In this document: positions 7,087 through 17,337 of the stretch, one piece after another
Layout of the letters: each line of letters opens with the position of its first letter
Position numbering within the stretch: the stretch's first letter is position 1
IMG/VR virus record: IMGVR_UViG_3300036830_000246
Span: 1 to 61,680 of that record
Origin: a virus
Lineage: Duplodnaviria; Caudoviricetes
DNA length: 61,680 bases
Strand: one strand, 5' to 3'
Program-made: the position numbers and the translations under genes
The notes under the pieces: generated by a model
Told to the model about the DNA's origin: nothing
Seen by the model: only the letters and a program-made list of their open reading frames with translations
The model's database searches: none

Positions 7087-10000
7087 ATGGCCGTCATTGA
7101 ATCCACGACCATGCCGGGGTCCGCCCTCCCGCCGCTGCCTCAGGTCCGCATGGCCCCGCAGACGGAAGAACAGACGATCGAGGACACGGACGACGAACGG
7201 GAAGAGGGGGAAGACGATCGCAAGATCGTGCCAGAGCCCGAGTACGATTCCTCCAAGGCGCGCCTCGTCGCCTGGATCGCGGATCACAATATCGCGCGCC
7301 ACCTCGATTTCGACACGCTGCAAAAGATCGGCCAGGAGGTTTATCGCGGCTACGAGATGGACGAGAACTCGCGCGCGGAATGGAAACAAGATACCGAGGC
7401 CGCGTTGCGGTTCGCTACCCAAGAGGCCCAGCCGAAGCAATATCCGTGGCCCAAAGCTTGCCTATCGTTGGATACCGACATCCTTACCGAAAATGGTTGG
7501 AAGCCGATCGCCGATGTAGTGCCGGGTGAGCGGGTTTATAGCCGAGCCCCCGATGGGGCGGCGGATTTCTTTCCGGTAAGCAGAACCTTCCGGCACGTCG
7601 CCGAGGAAGTTGTGCATTTCCATGGCAAAAGCATCGACCTGCTTGCCACTCCGAACCACAATATGCTGGTGGAGGACCGGGACACGGGCGCCACGTCCTT
7701 TATTCAGGCTGGCGAATTCGTGCGCCGCCATGCGAAAGGGCCAAATCAATTCTGCCTGTCCCGCAAATCCATTCCACTCACTTCGGCATGGCGCGGAGAC
7801 AATCCCACCAAGGTCTATGGCATTGATGGCGCCGCTTATGCACGCTTCCTCGGCTGGTACGTGTCAGAAGGGTTCTGCGATAGACCAACGGGCAGTTTCG
7901 GGATTGCCCAAAGCAGGCGCGCAAATCCCCGAAAATACGAGATTCTGCGCCATGACATAGAAGCCTGCGGGTTTACCTATCAGGCCCGCGAGGACGGTTT
8001 CACTGTCCACGCCCGTTCGATGCCGGACTTGTTTAAGGCCGAGCTGCGAGCGCTCGGAACCGCATATTCAAAGCACCTTCCCCGCCATGTTCTTTCTTAT
8101 GCGCCTGAATTGCTTGAGCAAGTTCTGGATACATTGGTCGCGGGAGACGGCCGTGTCCGCCAAAGGGCGCATCAACGGCAACGGAACCGCACGTATTTTA
8201 CCACGTCGTCCCTGCTCGCCGGACAGGTGCAGGAAATCTGCCAGAAACTCGGAATGCGTGGCTCGGTAACGACCGTCGAGGCCAGAGCGGGCGGCGTCAT
8301 CAACGGCAGGGCAATTATCGGAGCCGCTGAGGGCTATTCCATCAGCATCGCAACAAAAGCGACTATCCAAGTCCTCAAGTTGGCGCGCGAACTTCAGTCG
8401 TTCAATGACGAGGTAGCGTGCGTCGAGGTTTATCCACACAACACGATTTACGTCCGGCGCAAGGGTAAAGCCGTGTGGGTGGGGAATTCCAACATCATCT
8501 ATCCCCTCATTACAGCGGCATCGCTCCAGTTTGCCGCGAAGGCCTATCCCGCGATCGTGCCGAACCGCAACGTCGTGAAGGGCATCGTCTGGGGCACGGA
8601 CGATGGAATGCCCGCGACACAGACGGGCAAGATGGGCGGCGCGCCGTTGCTCGACCCGCAAAGCGGCCAGCCGCAATGGCTCATCCCGCCCGGCAGCAAG
8701 CGCAAGCACGCGGATCGCGTGGGCGCGCATATGTCGTGGCAGCTGCTTGTGGAGATGCCCGAATGGGAGCCGCAGACGGACCAGATGCTCCATCAGCTTC
8801 CGATCGTCGGCGGCGCCGTGCGCAAGACGTTTCGCGATTACGCAGAAAAGCGCAATTGCTCCGTCCTCGTGCCGCTGATGAACATCGTGTGGGACATGAA
8901 CGCGGAATCCTTCGAGGTCGCGCCCCGCCACACGGAGATCCTGACCCTCTACCCGCACGAGATCACGACGAACGAGCGGGCGGACGAAACTTTCCTCACC
9001 CTCAATTACGGCCCGTCGGACGATGACGGCGCGGACCCGAACGACGATCAGGCCCCGCATGTCTTTCTCGAACAGCACACACGTTACGACTTGGATGGCG
9101 ACGGTTACGCGGAGCCGCTCACGGTCACGATCCACAAGCGGTCCCAGCGGGTCGTGCGCATCACCGCGCGCTTTGAAGAGCCTGGCATCAAGGAGACGGA
9201 TTACCAGGACGACGAAGACGAGGAAATCCAGTCCATCCAGGCGCTTGGCCATTACACGCTCTATTCGTTCCTGCCCAACCCCAAGGGCGGCTCGTATCCG
9301 GTAGGTTTCGGCCACCTTCTCAAGCCCATGAACGAGGCGATCAACACCTCGATCAACCAGATGTTCGACGCCGGCCATCTCCAGATCGCGGGCGGCGGCT
9401 TCATCGGCACGAGTTTGTCGATCCCGTCTGGGCCCACGACGTTCCAGCTCGGCGAATACATCCCGGTCAACAACAAGGGCCAGTCGATCCGCGACGCCGT
9501 CTTCCCTATTCCGTTCCCCGGTCCCAGCGAAGTGCTCTTCCAGCTGCTGGGCTTCCTCGTTTCCGCGGCCGAGCGAACCGCTGCCGTACAGGATGTCTTG
9601 ACGGGGGATTCTTCCAGCCTCGCGAACACGGCCCCCACGACGATGCTCGCGCTGATCGAGCAGGGGATGAAGGTCTACACGGCGATTTACAAGCGCATTT
9701 ACCGGGCGCTGAAAGAAGAGCTTGCGAAGCTCTATCGCCTCAACCGCCTCAACATGGAGGACGACCAGCGCTTCCAAATGGGGGACGACTGGCAGGAAAT
9801 CAGCCCTGAGGATTACCGCCTCGGCGGCGGGGTCGAGCCCATGGCGGACCCCACGATGGTCACGGACATGCAGCGCCTCGGGCGCGCGGGTGTCCTGCTC
9901 CAGTTCAAGGACGATCCTCTTTTCCAGCCGCTCGAAATCCGCCGCCGCTATCTCGAAGCCTGCGGAATCGAGCAGATCGACAAACTTCTGCTGGAGAAAA

Positions 10001-10455
10001 TGCCGCCACCGGTGGCGATGCAAGCGGACCTCGCGCTCAAGCAGGCCGAGCTCGGCCGCGTCCGCGCGGCCGAGATCAAGGACCAAACGCAGGGCATCCT
10101 CAACATGGCGCTCGCCCGCGCGAAAGCGAATGGCCCGGAGATCGAATGGTTCGAGAAACAGATCGACATCATGCGTCTCCACATCGAGGCCCTGAACACC
10201 ACCGTGAAGGCTGCGGACGTCGACGCGAAATTCCACGGCCACAACGTCCACATGCAGGCCGCGCAGCAAAAAGCCAGAGAGGTAGCGAACAATGAACCAA
10301 CCCCAACTCCCCCACCGGAATCCGCTGGCCCAATCAATAACGGACAGGGAATTCCAGCTGTGGCGCCACCACCCGGTAACGGAAATGGTTCTGCTCTTCC
10401 TCCAGGACCAGGTGACGAATTGGCGGGCGGCAGCGGCGGAGCTTTGGGAGGCTGA
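7087..10455 (+). CDS. Portal protein containing an intein
   Basis: DENSRAEW, PWPKA|SNIIYPLITAASLQFAAKAY, GFGHLL...NEAINTSINQMFDAG, TTMLALIEQG..VYTAIYKRIYR; follows terL. Confidence 0.92.
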   Translation: MAVIESTTMPGSALPPLPQVRMAPQTEEQTIEDTDDEREEGEDDRKIVPEPEYDSSKARLVAWIADHNIARHLDFDTLQKIGQEVYRGYEMDENSRAEWKQDTEAALRFATQEAQPKQYPWPKACLSLDTDILTENGWKPIADVVPGERVYSRAPDGAADFFPVSRTFRHVAEEVVHFHGKSIDLLATPNHNMLVEDRDTGATSFIQAGEFVRRHAKGPNQFCLSRKSIPLTSAWRGDNPTKVYGIDGAAYARFLGWYVSEGFCDRPTGSFGIAQSRRANPRKYEILRHDIEACGFTYQAREDGFTVHARSMPDLFKAELRALGTAYSKHLPRHVLSYAPELLEQVLDTLVAGDGRVRQRAHQRQRNRTYFTTSSLLAGQVQEICQKLGMRGSVTTVEARAGGVINGRAIIGAAEGYSISIATKATIQVLKLARELQSFNDEVACVEVYPHNTIYVRRKGKAVWVGNSNIIYPLITAASLQFAAKAYPAIVPNRNVVKGIVWGTDDGMPATQTGKMGGAPLLDPQSGQPQWLIPPGSKRKHADRVGAHMSWQLLVEMPEWEPQTDQMLHQLPIVGGAVRKTFRDYAEKRNCSVLVPLMNIVWDMNAESFEVAPRHTEILTLYPHEITTNERADETFLTLNYGPSDDDGADPNDDQAPHVFLEQHTRYDLDGDGYAEPLTVTIHKRSQRVVRITARFEEPGIKETDYQDDEDEEIQSIQALGHYTLYSFLPNPKGGSYPVGFGHLLKPMNEAINTSINQMFDAGHLQIAGGGFIGTSLSIPSGPTTFQLGEYIPVNNKGQSIRDAVFPIPFPGPSEVLFQLLGFLVSAAERTAAVQDVLTGDSSSLANTAPTTMLALIEQGMKVYTAIYKRIYRALKEELAKLYRLNRLNMEDDQRFQMGDDWQEISPEDYRLGGGVEPMADPTMVTDMQRLGRAGVLLQFKDDPLFQPLEIRRRYLEACGIEQIDKLLLEKMPPPVAMQADLALKQAELGRVRAAEIKDQTQGILNMALARAKANGPEIEWFEKQIDIMRLHIEALNTTVKAADVDAKFHGHNVHMQAAQQKAREVANNEPTPTPPPESAGPINNGQGIPAVAPPPGNGNGSALPPGPGDELAGGSGGALGG
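7459..8487 (+). mobile_element. Intein (343 aa) with LAGLIDADG homing endonuclease
   Basis: Starts CLSLDTDILTENGW; block B ATPNHNM; endonuclease motifs FLGWYVSEG and LDTLVAGDG; ends VRRKGKAVWVGN|S. Visibly lower GC than the flanks. Confidence 0.92.
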
Positions 10456-10615
10456 CGGCCTCAACGAAAAGAAGAGCGCGGAGCTCCGCTATCGCATCCA
10501 AACGACGGAAGAGTTGCGGAACATTACGGTTAACGGTATACGTTCCTATTATCAGCAAGCCGAAGCCAGAAAGCCCCAGCTAGATGAACGAATCCCTACA
10601 GCCCAAACTCCTTAA
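10292..10615 (+). CDS. Conserved phage hypothetical protein
   Basis: EFQLWRHHPVT motif; GAGG RBS; overlaps the low-complexity portal C-terminus by 164 nt. Confidence 0.7.
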   Translation: MNQPQLPHRNPLAQSITDREFQLWRHHPVTEMVLLFLQDQVTNWRAAAAELWEADGLNEKKSAELRYRIQTTEELRNITVNGIRSYYQQAEARKPQLDERIPTAQTP

Positions 10616-10979
10616 GGGCGTGCATGCCGAATACATCCCCGCTCAGTGGGATGGCACGGACACTTCGGGCGTGCGCGTGGTGGGGAAGTGCGTCCTCATC
10701 CTGATGGACGAGAGCGCTTCGAAATCTTCCGGGGGCATCGAGCTTCCCCCGGAACTGGTCGAGCGCCAGACGCTCGCTTCGGAATCCGGCATTCTCGTGA
10801 AATGCGCCGAGGGCGCATTCCTTCTCAACGAAGACGGCACACCCTGGACGGGCTTTACGCCTTCGCCGGGCGATCGCGTCTATGTCGAGAAATTCGCCGG
10901 GCGCCTCGTACGGGGCCGCGACGGCAAGACCTACCGGCTCATGGATTACGGGGCCGTTGGCGCCGTGTACGAACTTTAG
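10584..10979 (+). CDS. groES: GroES-like co-chaperonin
   Basis: KSSGGIELP mobile loop, GILVKCAEGA, GDRVYVEKFAG, DGKTYRLM. Confidence 0.85.
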   Translation: MNESLQPKLLKGVHAEYIPAQWDGTDTSGVRVVGKCVLILMDESASKSSGGIELPPELVERQTLASESGILVKCAEGAFLLNEDGTPWTGFTPSPGDRVYVEKFAGRLVRGRDGKTYRLMDYGAVGAVYEL

Positions 10980-10990
10980 GAGATCGCGCG

Positions 10991-12019
10991 ATGGCACAGA
11001 ACACGCATTTGCAAAGCTCCCTTCCGCCGCAAGACGGCGAGTCCCTCGTCGAGGACGAGATGGACGAACTGGAACTCGAAGACGAGGACGAGCCTCTGGA
11101 ATCGAACGAAGACGTCCAGGCGGAAATCCAGGCGCGCCGCCAAGGCTGGCGACCGCTCGAAGAATACCGGGGCGCGCCTGGCGAATGGGTCGACGCCAAG
11201 ACGTTCCTCCAGCGCGGCCGCGATTTCCTGCCCTTCGTGCGGGCAGAGCTCCAGCGGGAAAAGACCCGCAACGCCAACCTGGAAACCGAAGTCCGCGAGA
11301 TGCGGACGAAGCTCGACGAAAACACCCAGGTGCTCAACGAAGTGCGCGAGATGGCGCGCACGGCCGGCGAGCGCGCGTATCAGCAAGCCCTCGGCCAGCT
11401 GAAACAGCAGCGCCGCGAAGCCGCCGCGACGGGCGACATGGCGCGCTACGACGAGCTCGACGAGCAGGTCGTGACGGCGGAAGAGACCCGCGGGGCGCGC
11501 GAACCGGCCAAACCGCCGGAGCAAAGCCCGAAACCGCAGCCGAAAGTGGAAGTTGCGCCGGAAGTCATGGCATTCATGGACGAAAATCCCTGGATGACGA
11601 ACTCAATGCTCTACAATGCCATGCAGGCCGAGCATCTTTTGCTCTTGAATGAAGCGCCGGGCCTACCCCTGGCGGAAAATCTCGAACGCGCCAAGGAGGC
11701 CGTGATGGCGAAATATCCGCGTCAATTCGGCCGCGATGAACCCACACCCGCGCCCGCGCCCGTCGCGCGGCCGCCCCGCCGCACCGTTCAACGCCCGACG
11801 GCGCCGAACGCGCAGCCCCGCGGACGCACGATCGATTCCATCGAAGATCCGGTGGAACGCGATCACGCACGCCGTTCGTTCGAGCGCTACAAGCGCCAGA
11901 TGCCCGGCTACACGGAACGGGAATTCATGACGATCTATGCCGATCCGCACGCGGACGTGCTGGAGCTCGGACGTCAACAGCGTGCAGCGCAAAGGAAGGC
12001 GAACAATGGCCAGAGCTAG
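10991..12019 (+). CDS. Capsid scaffolding protein (putative)
   Basis: Acidic and coiled-coil; ARRQGWRPLEEYRG..WVDAKTF and FMDENPW; lies between portal and capsid. Confidence 0.7.
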   Translation: MAQNTHLQSSLPPQDGESLVEDEMDELELEDEDEPLESNEDVQAEIQARRQGWRPLEEYRGAPGEWVDAKTFLQRGRDFLPFVRAELQREKTRNANLETEVREMRTKLDENTQVLNEVREMARTAGERAYQQALGQLKQQRREAAATGDMARYDELDEQVVTAEETRGAREPAKPPEQSPKPQPKVEVAPEVMAFMDENPWMTNSMLYNAMQAEHLLLLNEAPGLPLAENLERAKEAVMAKYPRQFGRDEPTPAPAPVARPPRRTVQRPTAPNAQPRGRTIDSIEDPVERDHARRSFERYKRQMPGYTEREFMTIYADPHADVLELGRQQRAAQRKANNGQS

Positions 12020-12554
12020 GAAAGACGTCGTGGGCGAATTCGTCCAAACGGGCGAAGGGACCGCGGACATGAGCCTCGCGGCGGAAACGCTTTCCCCCGA
12101 CGAGCGCGCGGCGGAACGCAAGGCCTATCTCGAAGAAGTCGCGCGCATCCGCAGGATACGCAAGCCTTTCGGGGCCTATTCGCAGAAGCTCGCCCTTCCG
12201 CGGCGTCCCGGCTACCATCGCCATTGGTTCAACGATGTCGGCGGCCGGCTCGAAGATGCGGTCGGCAACGGTTGGGCCCATGTGAAGGGCCAGGACGGCA
12301 AGCCGATAAAGCGCGTGGTCGGCACGGGACGCGATAATGGCGCGCTCGTCGGTTACGCTATGGAAATTCCGTTGGAGTTCTGGCAAGAAGACATGGACGC
12401 GCGGTTCGCCGCAGCGCAAGCCAGAGTAGACGACGTCAAGAAGACGCCCTTTCAGAGCCCGAACGGCAGCAAAGCCGATCGCGCCGATCAAGACAAATTC
12501 TACACGTCTCGCGAATCCGTCATCAGCATGAGCGAGTCGACGTCGAAAAGCTAA
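12006..12554 (+). CDS. Conserved head-module hypothetical protein
   Basis: RPGYHRHWFND.GGR...GW...YAMEIPLEFWQED. Confidence 0.7.
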   Translation: MARARKDVVGEFVQTGEGTADMSLAAETLSPDERAAERKAYLEEVARIRRIRKPFGAYSQKLALPRRPGYHRHWFNDVGGRLEDAVGNGWAHVKGQDGKPIKRVVGTGRDNGALVGYAMEIPLEFWQEDMDARFAAAQARVDDVKKTPFQSPNGSKADRADQDKFYTSRESVISMSESTSKS

Positions 12555-12641
12555 GACCAGCCAACCGAGCCATCACAGCAAGAGAAACAGGGCCGCCCGC
12601 GATTGTCGCGGCGGTCGGGTGTTTTCCTCTCGGAGATGGCT

Positions 12642-13241
12642 ATGTCCAACGCGAACACGCCTTTCGGGCTCCGCCCGATCAACGACAACGGCACGCCTTG
12701 GTCGGGCCAGGGCCGAATGGTCTATTTCCCCACCGGCCAGGCCGGTAACATTTTCCTCGGCGATCCCCTCGTTCCGCTTGGCGGCTCCGATGCCTTCGGC
12801 GTTCCAGCGGTCGGCATTGCGAGCGCGGGCGCGACCAACACGGTACTCGGCGGCTTTATCGGGATCTCGAACGGTCCCGCGGGCTCGAACTACACGGTCA
12901 CGCGCGACTTGCCCGTCTATCGTCTCGGCGGTGTCGCGAACTACGGCTGGGTCTGCGACGATCCCAATCAGGTTTACGCGATCCAGGAAGACAGCGTGGG
13001 CGGCGCGATCGCGGCCGGCACGGGTGGCATGGCGAACGGCAATCTCATCGCCGGCGCGGGCTCGACCGCCACGGGCTTCTCCGGCTGGCTGCTCGACAGC
13101 TCGACAGTCGCTTCCGGCAACGCAACCTATCAGCTGCGCCTCCTCGGCCTCCTGCGTGGCCCCGACAATGCGATCGGGGTCGACGCAAAATGGGCCGTTC
13201 GTCTCAACCTTCCCGCTCTGTGGGCGACCGGCGGCTACTAA
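12642..13241 (+). CDS. Capsid decoration / minor head protein (putative)
   Basis: MSNANTPFGLRPI..., DDPNQVYAIQ; directly upstream of the MCP; GGAG RBS. Confidence 0.7.
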   Translation: MSNANTPFGLRPINDNGTPWSGQGRMVYFPTGQAGNIFLGDPLVPLGGSDAFGVPAVGIASAGATNTVLGGFIGISNGPAGSNYTVTRDLPVYRLGGVANYGWVCDDPNQVYAIQEDSVGGAIAAGTGGMANGNLIAGAGSTATGFSGWLLDSSTVASGNATYQLRLLGLLRGPDNAIGVDAKWAVRLNLPALWATGGY

Positions 13242-13271
13242 GGCCGGGCGAAACTTCAAGGAGTCAAACAC

Positions 13272-14192
13272 ATGGCAACGGTTGGCGGCGTAATCTCTAC
13301 TGGCGCACATCCAAAAGCCCTTTGGCCTGGGATCAAGACTTGGTGGGGTCGTCAGTACGACGAGCACGCCCAGGAATATCCCGAGCTCTACGATGTCGAA
13401 ACGTCGGACAAGGCCTACGAAGAGGACGTGGAAATCTCGGGCTTCGGTGTTCTTCGCGAGAAGGATCAGGGCTCGCCCACGACCTACGACACGGAAGTCC
13501 AGGGCGCCGTGACCCGCTATACGCACATTGCGTATTCCGGCGGTTACATCGTGACCTACGAAGAGCTGCGGGACGACCTCTACGAGGTGGTATCGAAGCG
13601 CCGGGCCTCCATGCTGGCGTTCGCGGGGCGCCAGACGGAGGAAATCATTGGGGCGAACGTCTTCAATCAGGCGTTCAATCCCAACTATACAATCGGCGAC
13701 GGCACGTCCTTCATCGCCAACAACCACCCGACGATCTCGGGCAATCAGTCGAACCTTCTGGCGACATCCGCCGACCTGTCGGAAACCGCGATCGAAGATC
13801 TCGGCATCCAGATCATGCAGGCGACGGACTATCGCGGGAACAAGATCGCGCTCATCCCCCAGTGCCTCGTGATCTCGCCCGTGCAGTATTTCGACGCCAA
13901 CCGCATCGTTCACTCCATCCTTCAGAACGACACGGCGACGAATGCGATCAACGTCATCAAGGCCACGGGAATGTTCCCCAAGGGCATCGTGACGAACCAC
14001 TATTTCACCAGTTCGACCGCGTGGTTCATCCGCACGAACGCCCCTTGCGGTGCGCGCTTCATGTGGCGCGACAAGCCGATGTTCGACACCGACAACGAGT
14101 TCGATACGAAGAACGCCAAGGCGACGCAGTACATGCGCTTCTCCTGCGGCGTGACGGACTGGCGCTCGTATTACGGAACGCCGGGCGTTTAA
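13272..14192 (+). CDS. Major capsid protein (Mu gpT-like)
   Basis: KALWPGI, TSDKAYEE, NHYFTSSTAWFI, DWRSYYGTPG; strong AAGGAG RBS; position in the head module. Confidence 0.88.
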   Translation: MATVGGVISTGAHPKALWPGIKTWWGRQYDEHAQEYPELYDVETSDKAYEEDVEISGFGVLREKDQGSPTTYDTEVQGAVTRYTHIAYSGGYIVTYEELRDDLYEVVSKRRASMLAFAGRQTEEIIGANVFNQAFNPNYTIGDGTSFIANNHPTISGNQSNLLATSADLSETAIEDLGIQIMQATDYRGNKIALIPQCLVISPVQYFDANRIVHSILQNDTATNAINVIKATGMFPKGIVTNHYFTSSTAWFIRTNAPCGARFMWRDKPMFDTDNEFDTKNAKATQYMRFSCGVTDWRSYYGTPGV

Positions 14193-14202
14193 CCCCCCCC
14201 TT

Positions 14203-14228
14203 GGGGCGGCGGAGCGATCCGCCGCCTT
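14203..14228 (+). terminator. GNRA-capped hairpin after the MCP (terminator or mRNA stabiliser)
   Basis: GGGGCGGCGGA-GCGA-TCCGCCGCCTT; weak U-tract. Confidence 0.5.
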
Positions 14229-14289
14229 CGGGCCTGAATTGAACTTTTGACCGCCAGGCCTTGAAAGCCCGGCAAAAGGAGACGTCGCC

Positions 14290-15228
14290 ATGCCGCCCCG
14301 GACAGCGTTCTACGCACCCGCTCACCGCATCAACAACAAGTCGAACATCCAGGGGGTGAATCCTCCCGTGGCGCCCGATGCCGCGCCATCGCTGGACTTC
14401 GCTGGTTCCGGCATCCAGGACCACCGCCTGCCGTACAATATGTTCAACGGCGCGAACGCCGCGACGGCGATCGGCGTCCTCGGATGGTACGGCGCCGATA
14501 CACCGCGCACGCTCAACGTCATTCCGTCGACGCTGCATGCGGACACGATCGCGGCCGCCGCTCATGTCGTGCTCGGCACCGCCATGACCCTCGCGGGGGC
14601 CTCGACGGGCATCACGGTGGTTCCGGCCGGAGGTTTGCTCGTCGCGCCCGCGATGAATGTCATTCCCGCCGGCGCGCTCGTGCTCGACGGCAATCCCGCG
14701 ATCTTCCGCTACGGCACGGGCTTCATCAGCGCGTTCTACGATCCCACGAAGATGTTGTCCCGCGCGGTCTCGATCACGGGCGTGAGCGCAGGTGCGGGCG
14801 GGGATTTCCTAGTTTCCGGCTGGGACGTTTACGGCGAGCCCATGACGGACACGATCACGGTCGCGGCCGGGGTGAACACCGTCAATAGCCTCAAAGCCTT
14901 CAAGTTCGTTGGCTCGATCGTGCCCCAGTTCACGGATGCGCAGAACTATTCCGTTGGAACCGCCGATGTGTTCGGGCTACCGATCTTCGGCGCATCGTTC
15001 TTCGACCAGACGATCTCGTGGAACGCGACCGCGATCGTGGCTGCAACGGGCTTCGTGGCTGGCGATGTCACGGCGCCGACGGCCCTCACGGGCGACGTCC
15101 GCGGCACCTACGCGACCCAGTCGGCCTCCGACGGCACGAAGCGCCTCATCGTGAGCCAGCGCCCGTCGCTGTCGCAAATGGTGACGTCCGGGATCTCAAT
15201 CGGTCTCTTCGGCCAGGTTCAGGCCTAA
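14290..15228 (+). CDS. Virion structural protein (putative)
   Basis: Gly/Ala/Thr-rich and beta-strand-like; VSGWDVYGEPMTDTI, TGDVRGTY; AAGGAG RBS. Confidence 0.75.
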   Translation: MPPRTAFYAPAHRINNKSNIQGVNPPVAPDAAPSLDFAGSGIQDHRLPYNMFNGANAATAIGVLGWYGADTPRTLNVIPSTLHADTIAAAAHVVLGTAMTLAGASTGITVVPAGGLLVAPAMNVIPAGALVLDGNPAIFRYGTGFISAFYDPTKMLSRAVSITGVSAGAGGDFLVSGWDVYGEPMTDTITVAAGVNTVNSLKAFKFVGSIVPQFTDAQNYSVGTADVFGLPIFGASFFDQTISWNATAIVAATGFVAGDVTAPTALTGDVRGTYATQSASDGTKRLIVSQRPSLSQMVTSGISIGLFGQVQA

Positions 15229-15240
15229 GGGGAAACCGGC

Positions 15241-15714
15241 ATGGCGGCCCCTACCTGGACGAAACAGGTTTTGGAGAACGGCGCGCGAAACTATCTCGCG
15301 ACGTATACGATCTTTTGGGGCGCTCTCGACACGGGCTTGCCCGATGCCTACACGGCGGCCGACGCCACGGATGCCGGCGACATGGGCGTCGTGATCCTGG
15401 GCCAGACGCTTTATCCAGGTCCGCACTTGAAGATCATGCGGCTCGGTTACGACATGTCGGACGGCCTGGGTGTGCGGCTCACCTGGGATGCGACGACCCC
15501 GCAAGACGCCTACATCATCAACGGCACGGGGGCGGGCAAGCAGATGTTCGTGCCGCAAGGCGGTTTGTACGTTCCGCAAGACACCGGCGCGCCGATTGCG
15601 GGCGCGACAGGCAACATCATTTTCAACACCATCGGGACCGGCGACGCTCCGGGCGCGACGGGCGACTTCATCTCGATCAACATGTGGCTGAGGAAGGACA
15701 TATCGCAGCAATGA
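15241..15714 (+). CDS. Virion structural protein (putative)
   Basis: In the late operon; ENGARN, GATGNIIFNT. Confidence 0.7.
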   Translation: MAAPTWTKQVLENGARNYLATYTIFWGALDTGLPDAYTAADATDAGDMGVVILGQTLYPGPHLKIMRLGYDMSDGLGVRLTWDATTPQDAYIINGTGAGKQMFVPQGGLYVPQDTGAPIAGATGNIIFNTIGTGDAPGATGDFISINMWLRKDISQQ

Positions 15715-16118
15715 CGAGCCCGGCGAAATCACAGGCAGGCGCGGGCCGCGTCCTCACGCTCGTGACGAATGAGAGCGATCGTCATTCCGCCCACGATTGG
15801 GCGCGCGTGACGACCAAGCAGCTCGTCGATCTCGATTACGAGACCTCCGCGCCCCGTCTGGCTGCGGGCCAGCGCCTTCGCGCGCGGATGTTCGAAGAGC
15901 TCTATCAGGGCTTCCAGCATGTCGTGAGCGAGCGCGCGCTCCAGTCGGATTTCGCCGTCGATGCGATCGCGCGCCACACCGCCGAGCGTACACTCGACCA
16001 GGGGAGAGGCTCCCCGTGGGAAGAACAATTCGCCGATCCGCAGACGCGCACATCCTTGGCGCTCGTAATCTGGCGCAACATTCACGACGCGGCGGCACTG
16101 ACCGCCAGAACGGAGTAG
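15711..16118 (+). CDS. Hypothetical protein
   Basis: ATGA overlap with the upstream gene; fills the gap to 16122. Confidence 0.6.
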   Translation: MTSPAKSQAGAGRVLTLVTNESDRHSAHDWARVTTKQLVDLDYETSAPRLAAGQRLRARMFEELYQGFQHVVSERALQSDFAVDAIARHTAERTLDQGRGSPWEEQFADPQTRTSLALVIWRNIHDAAALTARTE

Positions 16119-16121
16119 GTC

Positions 16122-16583
16122 ATGGCTGGCGTCACAACGGCATTCCCGACGAGCTGCAAGGCCGAGCTCGGCCAGGCGTTGCACAATTTCACGACCACCT
16201 CGGGCAACCAGTTCTCAATGGCGCTCATCAAGGGCTCGCCTTCCGGCACGTACGGGGCGGCATCGACCGCCTATGCGAACATCACGGGAAACGGGGACGA
16301 GGCATCGGGCACGGGCTACACGGCGGGCGGCTTCGCCTGGACGACCGCGCAGAACATCACGCCCCAGACGGGCGGCACGACGGGCTATTGGTCCTGGAGC
16401 ACGAACCCCACGTGGACGACGGCGACGTTCTCGACGTCCGGGTGCATGGTTTACAACGTGACGAACGGCAACCGCGCCGTCTATGTCGGAAGCTTCGGCG
16501 GCAACCAGTCGGTATCCGCTGGCACATTCACCGTATTGTTGCCGACGAACGACCAGAACAATGCAATTTTGAGGCTGACGTAA
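16122..16583 (+). CDS. Virion structural protein (putative)
   Basis: TSCKAEL, EASGTGYTAGG, SFGGNQSVSAGTFTV. Confidence 0.75.
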   Translation: MAGVTTAFPTSCKAELGQALHNFTTTSGNQFSMALIKGSPSGTYGAASTAYANITGNGDEASGTGYTAGGFAWTTAQNITPQTGGTTGYWSWSTNPTWTTATFSTSGCMVYNVTNGNRAVYVGSFGGNQSVSAGTFTVLLPTNDQNNAILRLT

Positions 16584-16619
16584 GCGAAAGGGCGCCTCGC
16601 CGCGGCGTGAGGACGGCCG

Positions 16620-17318
16620 ATGGCTAATCAGCGCATTTCCAGCCCCGTAACGGTCGCGCGTGCCCGTCCTGGCACGCCCACGATCACAGTGGCGCTCACG
16701 GGCGTCGCCGCCGGCGCTACCGCCGGTGTCGTGACTTATCTGAAAACCCCTTCGTCTCCCGGCGTCGCGTCGGGCGCGAGCGCGGGCGCGATGGCGATCG
16801 AGATCGACGTCGCAGCCCCGGCCGTGACCTCCGGCGCCGTTGCCGGATGGGTGGGCTTCACGGACGGCGCAGGATCCGCTGGCCTCACACCCGAGGGATC
16901 GCGCGCGGTCGCGAACGATGTCGCGCTCCAGATTGATTCCACTGTCACGCTCACGGGTGTTTCGGCCGCCGGCGCCGCCGGTGCCGTGGGGCCTGAGATC
17001 ATCGCCCCGCTCGCGGGTGTGGCCGCGGGCGCGTTTCCCGGCGATGTCGTGGGCTTCGTGGCGCCGATCGGCTACCTGCCGACACAGCGCCTCATGCGCA
17101 ACGTGCCGGTGCCGAGCGATGGTCCCATGGGGGACGAACCCGTGGCATCACGCGGGACGCTGTTCCCCAATGGCGTCGAGCCCGTGAACATCGCGCAACC
17201 GGTCTTCGGCGTCTCGGCGCAATGCGTCGCCGTCACGGTCTCGTTCACGCGCAACGTCAAAGTGCCGATCCTCGGGGCCTCTTCCGCGGCCAAGGCGGCA
17301 GCCGTGACGCCGACGTGA
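16620..17318 (+). CDS. Ala/Gly/Val-rich structural protein (putative)
   Basis: Repeated LTGVxAxG units; in the late operon. Confidence 0.65.
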   Translation: MANQRISSPVTVARARPGTPTITVALTGVAAGATAGVVTYLKTPSSPGVASGASAGAMAIEIDVAAPAVTSGAVAGWVGFTDGAGSAGLTPEGSRAVANDVALQIDSTVTLTGVSAAGAAGAVGPEIIAPLAGVAAGAFPGDVVGFVAPIGYLPTQRLMRNVPVPSDGPMGDEPVASRGTLFPNGVEPVNIAQPVFGVSAQCVAVTVSFTRNVKVPILGASSAAKAAAVTPT

Positions 17319-17337
17319 TAGGATCAACTCCAGAGGA

